Under the pieces are notes generated by a model. The model was not told where the DNA came from, did no database searches, and saw nothing but the letters and a program-made list of their open reading frames with translations. Made by a program: the position numbers and the translations under genes. From Felis catus (taxonomy: Eukaryota): a stretch of 64,000 nucleotides of DNA. Of this stretch, positions 51,631-64,000 are shown one piece after another. Location: positions 134,232,001 through 134,296,000 of the forward strand of contig NC_058368.1 in assembly GCF_018350175.1 (NCBI RefSeq), written 5' to 3'. Every line of letters begins with the position of its first letter. Position 1 is the stretch's first letter.

Positions 51631-52302
51631 GTGTTTCTTCTCAGCTAGGGAACAATCCCTAGTTTATTATAAATGGACTTTGAACTTTATCAGATACTTT
51701 ATCTGCATGTATTGAGATGATAATAATTTACCCTCTTATTCTATTTATGTGGTAATTTAGGTTGTTCGATTTTGTGCATGTTAGACAGATTTTGCATTCC
51801 TGGATTTAAAAAAAAAACAGCTTAGTACTAAGGTATTATTCCTTTTAGAATCTGCTGGATTTCACTTGCTTTATCTATCTGTGTATCTATTTAATTTTTG
51901 CATTTATGTTTATGAAAAAGATTAGCTTGCCAACTTTCTGTATCATACTGTGCTTATCTGGTTTTGTTATTATTATTATGTCACTCTTTGAAAGAGGTTG
52001 GGTAAAACTGGAATTGTTTCTCCCTTGAATAGCATTGATAGAATTCTTTCATGAAAACATGTATGCCTAGGGTTTTCTTTGAGGAAATATTTATGAGTAG
52101 TTATTCATTTTTTAAGTTATTATTATGGACTAAGAAAAATTTCTATTTTTTTTTTTGAGTGAATTTAGTTAAAGAGAATTTGTCTTTGTATTTGTGAGAC
52201 ACCTGAGGTTCTTTTATTTGGGTGGCCTCAAAACAAGTGCAGGGTTTCTGAATAGCTTCATTGGCGTACCCTAGGTCCAGACTCGTGCTAGGGTTGTTCT
52301 GA

Positions 52303-52339
52303 AGAAACAGCCACTCAGAAACAGCCACTCAGAAACAGC
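52303..52339 (+). repeat. 14-bp tandem repeat (agaaacagccactc), about 2.6 copies
   Basis: Read directly. Confidence 0.9.
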
Positions 52340-54769
52340 TTCCTTTCCTTTTCCTCTTCAATTGCATGTGACCCTGAGAGAGCCCTCTCCACAGTCCACC
52401 ATGATTGAGAAGAGGTGGGTCAAGTCTAGGTCTTCCTCTAAACCTGAGGTAGTAGGTCCTGGGGGCTCCATATCAGGGGAGAGAACTTCTCTTAAAAAGT
52501 CTTGCCACTCTGGACAGAGCCTGGGCCTCTGAACTCTGTCTCTGTGGAGCACCAGAAAGCCGGGTTAAATGCTTTATTTTCAGACAAAAGTGGCCATGAA
52601 ACTTCAACATTCTTATCTTTCTGACTATAGACTTTCAACCAAAAATCAACCAAGAAGTTCCTCTATGTCCTTTAAGATTTGTACTGGGAAAGAGTCAGAG
52701 TCAAGTCAAGATAACACATGGGGAAGATGACAAAACCTATGAATATTTTAATAAGAATTAGGCTCGTGTTATTCTCTGATAATAATAAATGGAAGACACT
52801 TTGGGTTTCTGCTTTGTTTTTATTTCTTTAAATGATGTATGTTCCATATTCTGTTTTCTGACCCACTGTCAGCTAAAATACTGAGAATCCTTCCTTTCTA
52901 GGACAGACTTTCCTTCCAAGCTGGGGATGTAATACATGCAGTAAAGAACCATCCCTCTGGCTACAATTCCCTGTGAGATCCATTAGAATTTTCTAGATTA
53001 ACTCTTCACATGTTATGAAGGAATAGGGAAGTCTATGCATTTAGCTTTTCTTTCAGTCTTTTTTTTTTTTTTTTTTTTAATTAAGCTTGCTGGCAGTGAC
53101 AGAAGTCAAATCCTTCCAGAAAAAAAAAAAAAATTGCATAGGGCCACTGTGTAAGACAAAATACTGAGCTGGATAAATCTTTGGGCTATCTGAGAATGGT
53201 ATTTCTTATTAAAATCTAGCCAGGTAATCACCTCCAAGGCTGTCATATTTTTCTCCAAATGAATACATCTCTTTCTGAGCACTGCCTGTCCTGGCTGAAT
53301 TTTTTGGCTTTTTAGTCTTGCATGTCTATTCATATTTTGCCTTTTCACAAAGGGCTCCTATATGCTTATTCCCTCTACTTGAGAGAGGCTTTTTTCATGT
53401 CTCTACAGAAGCAGCTGTGGTATTTGGGATGCATGGTTTGACATTACAGATGAAAAAAGTAAACCAGTTTAATAAACAGAGTTAGTAATAGTTTTCCAGT
53501 AACTTGGGAATTTCTTCTTCCATCTAACCTCCATAGTCATGCCAGAAGGCACCTCTAAATAACAATGATAATGACTGATCTCACAGTGCTTCAGGGGCCC
53601 CATCCATCACGTGGGAAGTCAGTTAAGTGCTGCTTCACTTGTGCTTGATGTGGCCTCTGAGATTGGAGTTTGGCTGTGCTCCAGGGCCTCTTTCTGGCTT
53701 CTGTCCTGGTGTTTTTATGTATGATATGCAGGTGTTACTGATATAATTTGTCCAGGAGTTGTATATGATGTCATGCGTACTAACCTACATTTTCCCGCGG
53801 TCACTATAGCACAAGAGAACCCCTAAAAATGGAATCACCGATAATTACATAATAGAATAACATCCTAGAAATAGCTTTATGTGCCTGTTACTGAGATGAG
53901 AGCATATGGTTATCTCTGATTTAGATTTGCTTATGAAAGTTAATTTAATTTGGAAGGAGAGATCAAGGCCAATATTTAGAATCAAACATATGATTATAAT
54001 TTTAGAATTATGAAGAGAGATGATACAATCTGTTTTATGGATGTTAGAGATAAGGTGTTTGAAAGGACCTAGAGGAGTGGCTTGACTTGAGATGGTCTGA
54101 TAGGAGCAGATGGTATGGACTCAAATTAAGAGTGGGTTGCAAGCATGCCGAATAAAAGTGCATTTTCCATAGCTGTTGTATTGATTTGTGCCATTTGTTC
54201 CAAGTACTTTGAACATCTACTCTTTATACTTTGCTCTTCTGAGACCCTTTAGGTAGGAGGAACACACCAAACGACCTATCAATAAAGAAGAGTCATTTCT
54301 GGGAATATGACTGTAAAATAGCTTTACTTGGGGATTTTATTGTTTTCAGGTTTATAATAAGAAGAATGTCAAAGAAAAACAACAACTGACCTAAATATAA
54401 ATTTTAAGTCCATGCCTTCCATGATTTGCATATAACCAAAGCAAAAACGAGAGGAGAAAAGACGTTTGGGATCCTTAGAATTAAGAAGATGTGTGACAGT
54501 TCCTGGTTATATAATAACCTTGCTCCTTCCAAAGAGCTATGAGGAGTCTGGTGAAAAATTCAAGAAGGCTGAATTAAATGAAATGTTCTAGAAAATGAGC
54601 CAGGACATTAGACTGGATGTGGATGCTTTCTGTCCCTAAAATATCTCATCTTTGTTTTTATTCCTCTCATTTTTCATCTAGCTTGTAGATGAAAATATTT
54701 CTTTATACAAATGGTTTTTCTCACTCAAAAATTTTTGGCTATTCTCAATTGTAGCATTAATAATGAAGT

Positions 54770-55230
54770 TAATACTGTATATTTGTCAAGAATCTTCTAT
54801 ATACTAGATACTACATGTTTTACATACATGATTATGAAACCTCATAACAAATATTAGGCTAGCTGGTATTTTTTCTGTCTTACACATTTGAGAGAACTGA
54901 GGTTCAGGGACATTAATGGTCTCGCTCAAGTTCTCACAGCTCATCAGTGGTAAAGTGGAGATTTGAATACAGATCTGACTGGTTCTAATTCTATAATGCT
55001 GTACTCCCTCTCCTAATAATATGTAATATTCTTTTGTATATTTACAGAGAACAGGTATGTCACACTATCTCAGTTGCCTGAATAACAATCCTGTAGATGT
55101 ATTTTTGTTTTATAGTTGAGGAGTTGAGAAACAAAAGTTCAGAAAATAGAGTCTACTCAGCTAGATAGAGGCACAATTCAGACTGAACTTAAATCAACTG
55201 GATCTTCATCCATGTTGCTTCTACTGTGCA
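54770..55230 (-). mobile_element. two adjacent MIR relics
   Basis: gagagaactgaggttcaggga...ctcaagttctcacagct...gagatttgaatacagatctgact; a second, weaker copy at 55040-55230. Confidence 0.6.
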
Positions 55231-56302
55231 AACTGAGCTTGGCCACAGGGCTGCAGATTGGTGGGCTCCATGAGATATTAGTGCAATTTCCAGGTGGTAA
55301 AAGTTGCTCTTTTTTCAGAAGTACTCAAAACAATTAAAAAGGAGGAACCACTTAGTAAATAAGTACTACTGACCTGTTTATTCACTTTGTAGTCAGTGGA
55401 ATTTAGTTCTTGACTCTGGTCAAAAATCACATCTGATGTCCATTTAAGAGAAGTCTTTCCTCAGAGGCTATATTGCCGCAGCAATGAATTAGCAAAAAAG
55501 CAAACAAGAACGAAGAGGAGTTCATGGCCCTGAAAAAATTGAGAAGTCCTGGGATGCAGCATACAATAAAACCTGGACTTGACACATCTGAATTTGGAAA
55601 ATCACCTCCTTAGAGTAGGCGACACAACTACACAGGTGTGTAACTGCAGAGATTCGTAATTTTTGGTTGAATGACAGTGGTGTGGCAGTGAATTCCGTTC
55701 TAGAGACTTAGTTCAGATGATCAGTATAGCCATAGATGTATAGTGATAATCACTGTTTGTTGAATGCCCATTTTTCTCTGAATATTACTGTTGGTAATTG
55801 TGTCTGTGTATGGGGGTAAGGACAGCTAGAGGGAAGAAGGGAGGAAATGAATAGAGTGCCACTATTAAGTGAGAGAGAAGAGAGCAGGATCTCTTAAAGA
55901 AGATAATATGCCTTATTTTCAGGTGATTGTACCTCCCATTTTTTCCTCAGCTTGCTGAAAATGTAAGGCCATGATTGACCTAGGAACTGTTAAAGCCATC
56001 ACTTTACTTGATTTCTCTGTAGCTTTTTGAGTTTGTTGATGATCTTTCATCTTTTGATCAAGTGCTTTTTTCCTGGTTGTCTGATATCCTGTTTCTCCAG
56101 GCTACTTTAATCTTTGTGTTCCTTAAATGTTCTAGTTTCCCCAAATTAATCAGCAGCATAAAAAAAACTCTGTGTACCTATGACTTAAATAAGTCCAAAT
56201 ATCATTTGTAATAAAATTGTGAATTGAATTAACTCTGCTGTTAAATGACACAGGATCTCATAATACAATGCAACAAAAACATTTAGAAAAAAAGGAAGGA
56301 CA

Positions 56303-56410
56303 GGGGCACCTGGGTGGCTCAGTTTGTTGATTTAGGCTTAGGTCATGATCCTAGGGTAGTGAGATTTAATCCCATGTCAGGCTCCATGCTGAGCGTAGAG
56401 TCTGCTTAAG

Positions 56411-56474
<64 letters not shown>

Positions 56475-56585
56475 CCTCTCCCTCCCTCTCTCTCTCTTTC
56501 CCTCTCTCTCTGGCTCCCTGTCTCCCTCTGCCCCTCCCCTGCTCTCCCTCTGTCTCTTAAAAAAACAAAAACAAAAACAAAAACA
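56303..56585 (+). mobile_element. CAN-SINE with long (CT)n expansion
   Basis: ggggcacctgggtggctcag head; (CT)n at about 56414-56468; (CAAAAA)n tail. Confidence 0.92.
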
Positions 56586-57661
56586 AGCATTGTAAAAACA
56601 AAGGACAGAGTTGTATTAGGCACATGCTAACAATCAGAATTAGAATTGGCATGCTAGAATAAACACAGGTTTAAATAGACATTATTACAAAACATGAAGA
56701 GGGATATACTTTTATATTGATTGAGGATAAAACATAGGTTGAAACACAGCACTTAGTGCTAACAAATATATCTTTGTGTATTTACTTGCTTATTGTATAT
56801 GCAGACCTGCCTGATTATAATGCAAGCTTTACAGGGGCAGAGACACTGGAAGAGGTTCGTGAGAAGTTGCCAAGCCCAATGGAACTTAACCAGTCTTTGA
56901 TTATGAAGCCAAAAAACCCAAAAAAACAGAAAACAAAAACAAAAAACAAAAAAACTAACTAAAGAGATAGAATGATAAAAATAACAAAGTTGGTTTACCA
57001 GATGTATCTTGAAGCTTGTCTCTTGCAGCAAAGAATTAGCTAACTTGTTTAACAAGTACTTATTAAGTACCTGCTAGTGCATGTGGTTCTTAACATCACA
57101 ATTTGTGGTTTGTCTACTATAATTCTCTAGAAGCATTTCCCTTTCTGATAACTGTCCCCTACTGCGCAGGCTTTTGAAGAAGAGACTGAGCATCTGAGAA
57201 CAAAATGTCTCCTGCATCCAGTCATAATCATTCACTGCCAGACGTGAGTTCTGACCATATTATTAACTGATTATTTGCTTCATATGCAAAGACTGATAAA
57301 AATGGATAAGCCTTAAAGTTTAGTGTCTGGATACAGAAAACATGTGAAACACACTGGTCTGAGACTCTACAAAAACTTGAAAAATGAGGGAGAGAAAAGG
57401 AACATTTTAAAATCAAACATTTAAAGGTTGGGGGAACATGAGAAACCAGTATAAAAATGATAAAGTATTCATGAGGGGATGACGTCAGTCATCACCTCAA
57501 CACTTGGCCGATTCTGTGAACAACCCATTTTTTTAATAAAAATTTTAAAATTTGACATAGTTTACACTTATTTAAAACTGTGCCCAGGAGGCAATATTTG
57601 GCATGCTTTCCTTGCATGTTCTTTTTAAATGGGTGTAAGATGATTAAAAATTAATTTGATT

Positions 57662-58012
57662 GCCTAGAGTTTTGTTGCATAACTGAAAAAAAAAAGAATT
57701 TCATCTCAGATTGGGGAGCAGGCTATCAAATCATAAAATTATGAGCTCACTTTCTATTTGATGTGAAATCACTTGGATCCAGTCCCTGTTCTGACCAGTT
57801 CCTGGATGCATAAGAGGAAATGTGTACCAGAACTACAGTCACCAGTAAAACCCCAGGCCCCCAACAAAGACGAGACTCATGCTCTTTTCTTTCCTGAATC
57901 TTCCAGATGCTCTGTCTGTATCTCTCTCTAGATGATTAGATATAGATATAGATATAGATATAGATATAGATATAGATATAGATATAGCTTCAATAAACTC
58001 TGCTTGCATTTA
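57662..58012 (+). mobile_element. L1-mediated retrocopy of a non-SINE, LTR-like polyadenylated RNA
   Basis: 16-bp TSD aaaaattaatttgatt at 57646-57661 and 58013-58028 at a TT|AAAA site; AATAAA at 57992-57997, 14 nt before the A run. Confidence 0.75.
57937..57987. repeat. (TAGATA)n hexanucleotide microsatellite
   Basis: Read directly. Confidence 0.95.
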
Positions 58013-58561
58013 AAAAATTAATTTGATTAATTCAATTCAGTTTAGTAAGAAGAAAATACCTAGAAAAGAGATAAGACAAACATAAAGGTAGCAGTAGACT
58101 TTTGGTGTGGATCCTGTGATTCAAGGTAAACAGTATTATGATAATAACCAAAGATCTTTGAACCACAGATTATCATATTCATTGGCAATATTAAGCACCA
58201 ACACATTTGTTGGATGATAAGTACAATAAATATTGTTCACAAAAGGATTTCTGAAATTATGCAGAGAAAAGATTCATGACCCAAAGAAATAACTTTACAT
58301 ATAGAAGAAAAGAGAATTTTGCAAGGACTTTTTTTTAATTATCAAAAAAAATTGAGTTAGAAATGATTTCTCATCTGATAGTGAGTTCATAACCTTATGA
58401 TATGATACCTCAATCCCCAATTTGAGATGAAATTTTTTTTTCAGTTATGCAGCAAAGCTCTATGTATAGCAGTGCTTGGGCTAAGTTTCAATACTATATG
58501 AAATATTGATTACTGCTTTCCTGCATTGTGTGTCTAAGGGTCTTTAAAAAGCTACCTGCAA

Positions 58562-58795
58562 GGGCGCCTGGGTGGTTCATTCGGTTAAGCATCTGACTTT
58601 GGCTCAGGTCATGATCTCACAGCTCGTGGGTTTGAGGTCCACGTCAGGCTCTGTGCTGACAGCTGGGAACCTGGAGCCTGCTTCAGATTCTGTGTCTCCC
58701 TCTCTGCCCCTCCGCCGCTCATGCTCTGTCTCTCTCTGTCTCAAAAATAAACAAAACATTAAAAAAAATTATAAAAGATAAGTAAAAAAATAAAA
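58562..58795 (+). mobile_element. CAN-SINE (felid)
   Basis: gggcgcctgggtggttcattcggttaagc...caaaaataaacaaaacattaaaa. Confidence 0.94.
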
Positions 58796-59314
58796 ACCTG
58801 CCCTGCCTTTGGTCAAAATTATTGTAGAAAATTATAATAAAATTATTGGTGGGAAACAAAAGTAACACATTATTATAGAAAAATCAAATACCAGGAAAAC
58901 TGACCTACTCTGGAAAAGATCAAAATTTTTTTCTGAGGAAATGAGTTTTTAATATGAGGTCTGAAGGATGAGTTGGAGTTCAAGTGAAGAGCGAGAGAAA
59001 ATTCTTTCAGAAAGGGGGAATAGTGTGTGCAAACGACCCAGTACAGAAAGGATTGAGGTGTATTTCTATAAATTCAGGGGAAGATCAAGAATGCTTTTTA
59101 CCAAACTGTCAACACTAATTACTTTGGGAAAAGGGTTCTTTCATTTACTATACCATATAATTAAGTGGTAGGATTGTGATGAATTCTAGTATTATTCAAA
59201 GTAAAGAGATTCAAATTCCTCTCAACACATACACAAATTTAGGAGTGAAGACAGGTGGAAAATGGTACTCGAATGTCATTTCATGAGAGGTATCCATTTT
59301 AGAAGGCCTGACCA

Positions 59315-59870
59315 AAGGTGCCTCTCAAAGGTGCTTCTTTACATTTGACAGGGCTGCACATTATCCTCAAATTATATTAAAATCCAGATTCAAGTCTAAT
59401 AGGTCCAGGCCTTGGCTTGAAGTTCTGCATTTTGAGCAGAGTCTCAACTCATGGCAATGCTTGGCATCCTTGAGGAGCAAAGTCCCAGGTGATTATATAG
59501 ACTGTCAGAATTGGAAACGTTGAACTGCAATTGTTGGCTGTTAAGGTCATCCTGTCCTTCCTCTCTTGTCTGTCTTTTCCACCTGACAAACCACTTTTTC
59601 TCCAAGTCTCAGTGTAGGGGAGCCATACACATCGGTCAGCTGTAGAGATTCCTCCAATGAGTCTCAAGAGCAGAGTTCCTCAAACAAGTGTGTAAAAGAA
59701 TCCCCTGAGGGGATTACCAGATATGCAGCTTCCTGACCCCCATTCCAAAGGATAAGAAGCAGCTTGGTCTACAGCGGTGTAGAAATTCATGATTTTCACA
59801 TATAGTCTTTCCAGAAGACTCTGATGTAAGTGGTTCTGAGATTTAATTGAGAAACCCCCTGTATGTTTAT
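59315..59870. mobile_element. two MER5-family MITE relics (about 59315-59490 and 59670-59870)
   Basis: agttctgcattttgagcag; gttcctcaaa...gaatcccctgagg...tctgatgtaagtggtt...ttgagaaacccc. Confidence 0.55.
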
Positions 59871-61457
59871 TGTCAAGCATGATGCTCCCCAAATATTTGG
59901 TATATAAATGAATGAATTAGTATAGGTTCCCTTCCTCTTTTTCTTTTGTGATTATAAAAGTTAAAAATGCTCAGTCTAGAAAATCAAGAGATATTAAAAA
60001 AATAGAAGTGTAGAAAAATTTCACTGGTCATCCTCCCACTGAAAAGCAAACTTTGTTTTTGTTTTTGTTTTTTTACTTTTTACATATTTTTTGGTGCCCT
60101 TTTCTATACATTTTGTTTCATTTGACTCAGAACATATTGTATATATCCCACCCTACATTCTTTGCGGACGAAGAGAATGTTAGTGTTTTCCATGGCATTG
60201 TTCACATAAACACATTATTTCAAAGGTTGAATTGGACAGCCCTTTAAACATTTACATTTCGATTACTGTCTCATTTTTTGACAGCAGACTAATTTACCAA
60301 AGGGGGAAAAAATCATTACCTGAATTTTGGGATTCTAAATTCTGTTTTCTCAGTTCATGTTTCATCTCTTAAAAGACGATTCCAAAATAAAAGAAGTTCT
60401 CATTCCCCAGAAATTTGCAACTGAAGTGCTTCTACAAGTTGCCACATTTCTTTCCTATAATTAAGTCGCAAGGATTTTTATGTGTTAGATACGTGTCACC
60501 TTTTTGATTTCTAGCCAGAAAACTGGGACTTAATTATTAGCTTTTTAGTGACCTGCCATTTATTTGAGGATGTTGACATTTGCACAGCAGTATTGTGAGA
60601 AAGGTGCCTGAATATTTAACAACCCAGTATTACCTCTCGTGTCCTTGAAAAACCAGCCAAAGGCATCATCTTACTTTTCACTGTTCAGATCATGTGGTTT
60701 TCTGTCACTTAGCACAGTGAGAAGACAGGTAACGTTCAATTCTTCCTATCAACAGTGTTCTGCTTTACTCTTGATTTTTTTCTCAATAGTATATTGGATA
60801 ATGTATCTCTTTATTCCTCTGTTTTTGTTGTTGCTGTTGCTGTTGGTTTTTCTTAAAGGAGACTTAAAATTGGATAGTAATCTAGCCCTAAGTAGCCCAG
60901 AAGATTTACATCAGTTTTTTCGTTGATCTGTACTACCTTCCAAGAAGTAAATTACCTCCCAGTGAGTAAATTAATCAGGAGAAAAATGACTCAATGAAAT
61001 AGGAGTATAACAAGATATGAAATATGTCCCTCCATTCTCAGGGAAGTTTCTTGACCCTTGTGATCAGAGGTATTCATTGTTTTTAAACGTTGATAGTCGT
61101 GATGATGCATTTTTTTTTCCAGAAGGAAATCGTATAGGAAGCAGAAAAGTAAACTGCAACATATATTCAGGTTTGTTGTGCTCAGTTAGAACTCTGAGTA
61201 TTCTGGAATATACTATAATCAAATTCTGCATAGTCACAATAGCATGGAATAATCCTGAAGTAAAAACAGGACTTGGTGGGTGTTCCTTCTGGATGATTCA
61301 TTCAGGCCTAGGGTGAGAGGTAGTAAGCACAATCAGCGTTTACCGAGTTTTCTTCATCTTCAGGTGTCACTGTGCCAGATTAGCTGAAATGACTTAACAC
61401 TACCCTGAACTCATGTTTCTGCATAACTCATGCATATTCAAAACTTCAGTTTTCTTG

Positions 61458-61570
61458 GGGCATCTGGGGGCTTCAGTCAGTTAAGTGTCTGACTCTGGAT
61501 TTTGGCTCAGGTCATGATCTCACAGTTCATGAGATCGAGTCTTTTGTTGAGTGTGTGGAGCCTGCTTGGG

Positions 61571-61634
<64 letters not shown>

Positions 61635-61760
61635 CCTCCCTCCCTCCCTCTCTCTCCTCTGTCTCTCTTTCTCTCCTTCTCTCTCTGCCCCTCCCCTGCT
61701 CTCTCTTTCTCCCTCTCTCAAAATAAATAAACTTAAAAAAAAACCCACAAAACAAACAAA
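61458..61760 (+). mobile_element. CAN-SINE with long (CT)n expansion
   Basis: SINE body; TSD aaaacttca(g/a)ttttctt at 61440 and about 61760. Confidence 0.93.
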
Positions 61761-61959
61761 AAACTTCAATTTTCTTAACTTTAATGTCTAGAGAGGGATT
61801 ACACATAACGATTTAATCAATTGAGAACTGAGCAGCGTAACATTATAAGTTACTTGCTATTGATCTCTTGTGGATGACTATATTTGGGATCATTAATTTA
61901 TAATCTAGTGGCCAGGTTGACCATAATTGAAAAAAAAAAAAAAGAAAAAACATTACACA

Positions 61960-61981
61960 GAGAGAGAGAGAGAGAGAGAGA
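61960..61981. repeat. (GA)n microsatellite
   Basis: Read directly. Confidence 0.9.
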
Positions 61982-64000
61982 TGTATGTGCTTAAATACTT
62001 CTAGTAACTCTCAAGACAAAAAAAAGATAAGAAAATTAGTCTTTAATAGTAAAACTTTATATATTGGAAGATTGCATTTCATAGACTTAGGACTCAGTTT
62101 CTTTTGTCAGAGTTCAAGGCTCATAAATATATTCAATCCTGTGGCAGGAATGATGTATTTCTCTAGGTTATACATTGCATAGAAAAGGTTTTCAAAGCCT
62201 AAATGTACTCATCAGCTTTATGTTTGTAAAATACTGGTAAAAGAAATGTGTTTTTAATTTTTTTTGGATGTTCCCAGGAGGCAAAGACCCTTCAGCTTCT
62301 CATTTCAGATTCATTGGAAAGAGAAATTGGAGTCAATCATTTCCAGGAACCAGGCATCTCTATTTTTAGCCTCTGCTGATTAAGACCATGTTATCTAATA
62401 GGAAGAATGTGAACCGAATGTACCTTTTTACTCCCGAACAATACTTATGGGGTTTTCATGATACTAACAGGGTATGTTCTTGAATAGATACATGGGCAGT
62501 AAATCGCTCTTATTTGAGTTCACCGAGGAATGTTGTTGGATCCAGTTGGGTCAACTCTGGTGCTTCTATTTTGTGCTTTTCAAGGGAAATTCAGTTAAAA
62601 TCAAGTCTTGTGTCTTTGTTTTGCTAATGTGGATCTTTCAAATTTATTCAAGTAGTAAGATGGGGATAGAGAAGAAAGTTAGTTAAGGCTAAAAAGAGAA
62701 AAACAGGAAATCATAACCGATGCTTGGAATGAAGATATCGGCATCATGACCAAAGCAGATGAGCTGCAGAGAGTGAGAAATAATAAATGTGGTAGGTGGG
62801 TGCTGAAGAGGGCGACAGAAGGAAAGTAATGGTGAAATTTCAGTCAAGAGCCTTGTAGAAGTGGGGAGGAGAGGGTACAGAAACAGAGGGAGATCTTCTT
62901 TTAGGGAAGGGATCAGAAGTATAAATGTATCAGAAATGAGAAGGAGATAAGTTACCATTAGTAAAATAGTGATGTGCCAGAATTTGGTAACAGAGACTTT
63001 GAAGAGTAAAAATTACCTTGTTGCAAATTCAGAACTGGATTTGGCAGCGGAGACCCATGACAGTAGGAGAAAAACTAAAGGAGAAACAGCTGTTGTATAG
63101 ATTTAAATGACAAGACAGAATTAGGGGGGATGAGAGGACCCCAGGTCTTTCAAAGAAAAAGCAAAGCAGACCGCCACTTCTCTCTACATCAAGGCAGGTG
63201 GTATTCATAGAGGAAGAACCGTCTTGGAGAGGGTAGCTGAGTCATTAGGCGAAAGGCAGGTAATGGCCAAAGCACTGGGAGGAGACAGTACCTGGATCTT
63301 TCACATCTGTTGGCTACCTTAAATCTTATTTCTTCCTTTTCTCCTGAGACTCAAATTGCTCTCTCCCTTCTCTGCAGGTTCTTTAAACAATGACAACTTT
63401 AAAAGACTCCAGATGGTTTTGAAAATACTTGAAAGTCATCCAAGGTGCACTGTAGGCCTTTGTAGACACTCCATGTGGAGCCAGTCTGAAAACCCTATAG
63501 TTTTTCTGTTTGGATTATGTTTTGGGGCTGAGCTGAAGTTGCCAGAACACACACAAAAAAGTTAAGAATTAAAAATAAGCCAGCCCCAGCCCATGTGCAC
63601 TCAGCAACAAAAAGACAACATGAGTTCTTATAGTCCCATTGATTTTGGTTATGCTGTGGTCCCATTGGCTTTGTGTATCGCTCTGTACTCTACCTGGTCT
63701 TGTTGTGAGCAGAAGGCAAAGGACATAGTGACCAGTGGAATAACTCATTCCCTACTTCTTAGATATCAGTGTATCACACACTCCTTCAGTGGATTTACTG
63801 TGCTTGCATAAGAACTTTAACCCACGATGGCTTCACTGGGAATATATTAGATTCATACACTCAACCAATTTTGCCTAGTTTTTTCCAGGACTGTTGTATA
63901 GAAAGCCAATCTCAAGAATGAGCTGTGTTGAAATGACTTTAATAATAATCAGCAAGTGTAAGCAGGTATGTTTAGAAGATGGGAAGAGTGCAGAAAGCTG

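Larger units (their letters stand above)
49660..52140 (-). mobile_element. continuation of the antisense L1ME-like ORF2 relic
   Basis: aatcaatttggggagaattgacatctt, caattgacttttgtatattga and tctgcatgtattgagatgat. Confidence 0.8.

Noticed and set aside
1063..59200. Other RTGATGA motifs (about 1063, 39572, 43655, 44133, 59177) checked as snoRNA C boxes
   Set aside because: No suitably spaced CTGA with a closing terminal stem, unlike the motif at 22477.
60670..60735. Possible 50-nt + strand exon (ctgttcag...gacag|gtaacg)
   Set aside because: An isolated motif pair with no supporting homology.
202..61806. Recurring ORFs of the type GAPGWRSRLSVRLQPGHDLA... and AQSVKRPTSAQVMISQFVSSSP...
   Set aside because: These are translations of CAN-SINE copies, not a gene family.
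63355..63565. Strong acceptor-like ctctcccttctctgcag followed by an open frame of about 60 codons
   Set aside because: No recognisable protein, convincing donor or partner exons; insufficient evidence.

Overview
This is AT-rich mammalian genomic DNA from a felid, most likely the cat lineage, as shown by about 29 tRNA-derived CAN-SINEs including young SINEC_Fc-type copies with perfect target-site duplications (TSDs). The window is repeat-dense intergenic or deep-intronic sequence: decayed L1 relics, L2/MIR relics, MaLR/ERVL LTRs, hAT MITEs and microsatellites. I recognise no protein-coding exon, rRNA, tRNA or processed protein pseudogene; the supplied ORFs are SINE/LINE read-through or chance frames. 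I found no convincing new multi-gene system. The best leads are small structures: a candidate orphan box C/D snoRNA at 22.5 kb, an L1-mobilised retrocopy of an LTR-like RNA with a 16-bp TSD at 57.7 kb, and a perfect 25-bp hairpin at 31.1 kb. Also notable are a solo ERV1-type LTR nested in a SINE at 15.3 kb, two locally templated insertions inside old L1s, and a switch in SINE orientation near 36-38 kb. Repeat subfamily names come from visual recognition, boundaries of old repeats are approximate, and both need RepeatMasker/Dfam confirmation.
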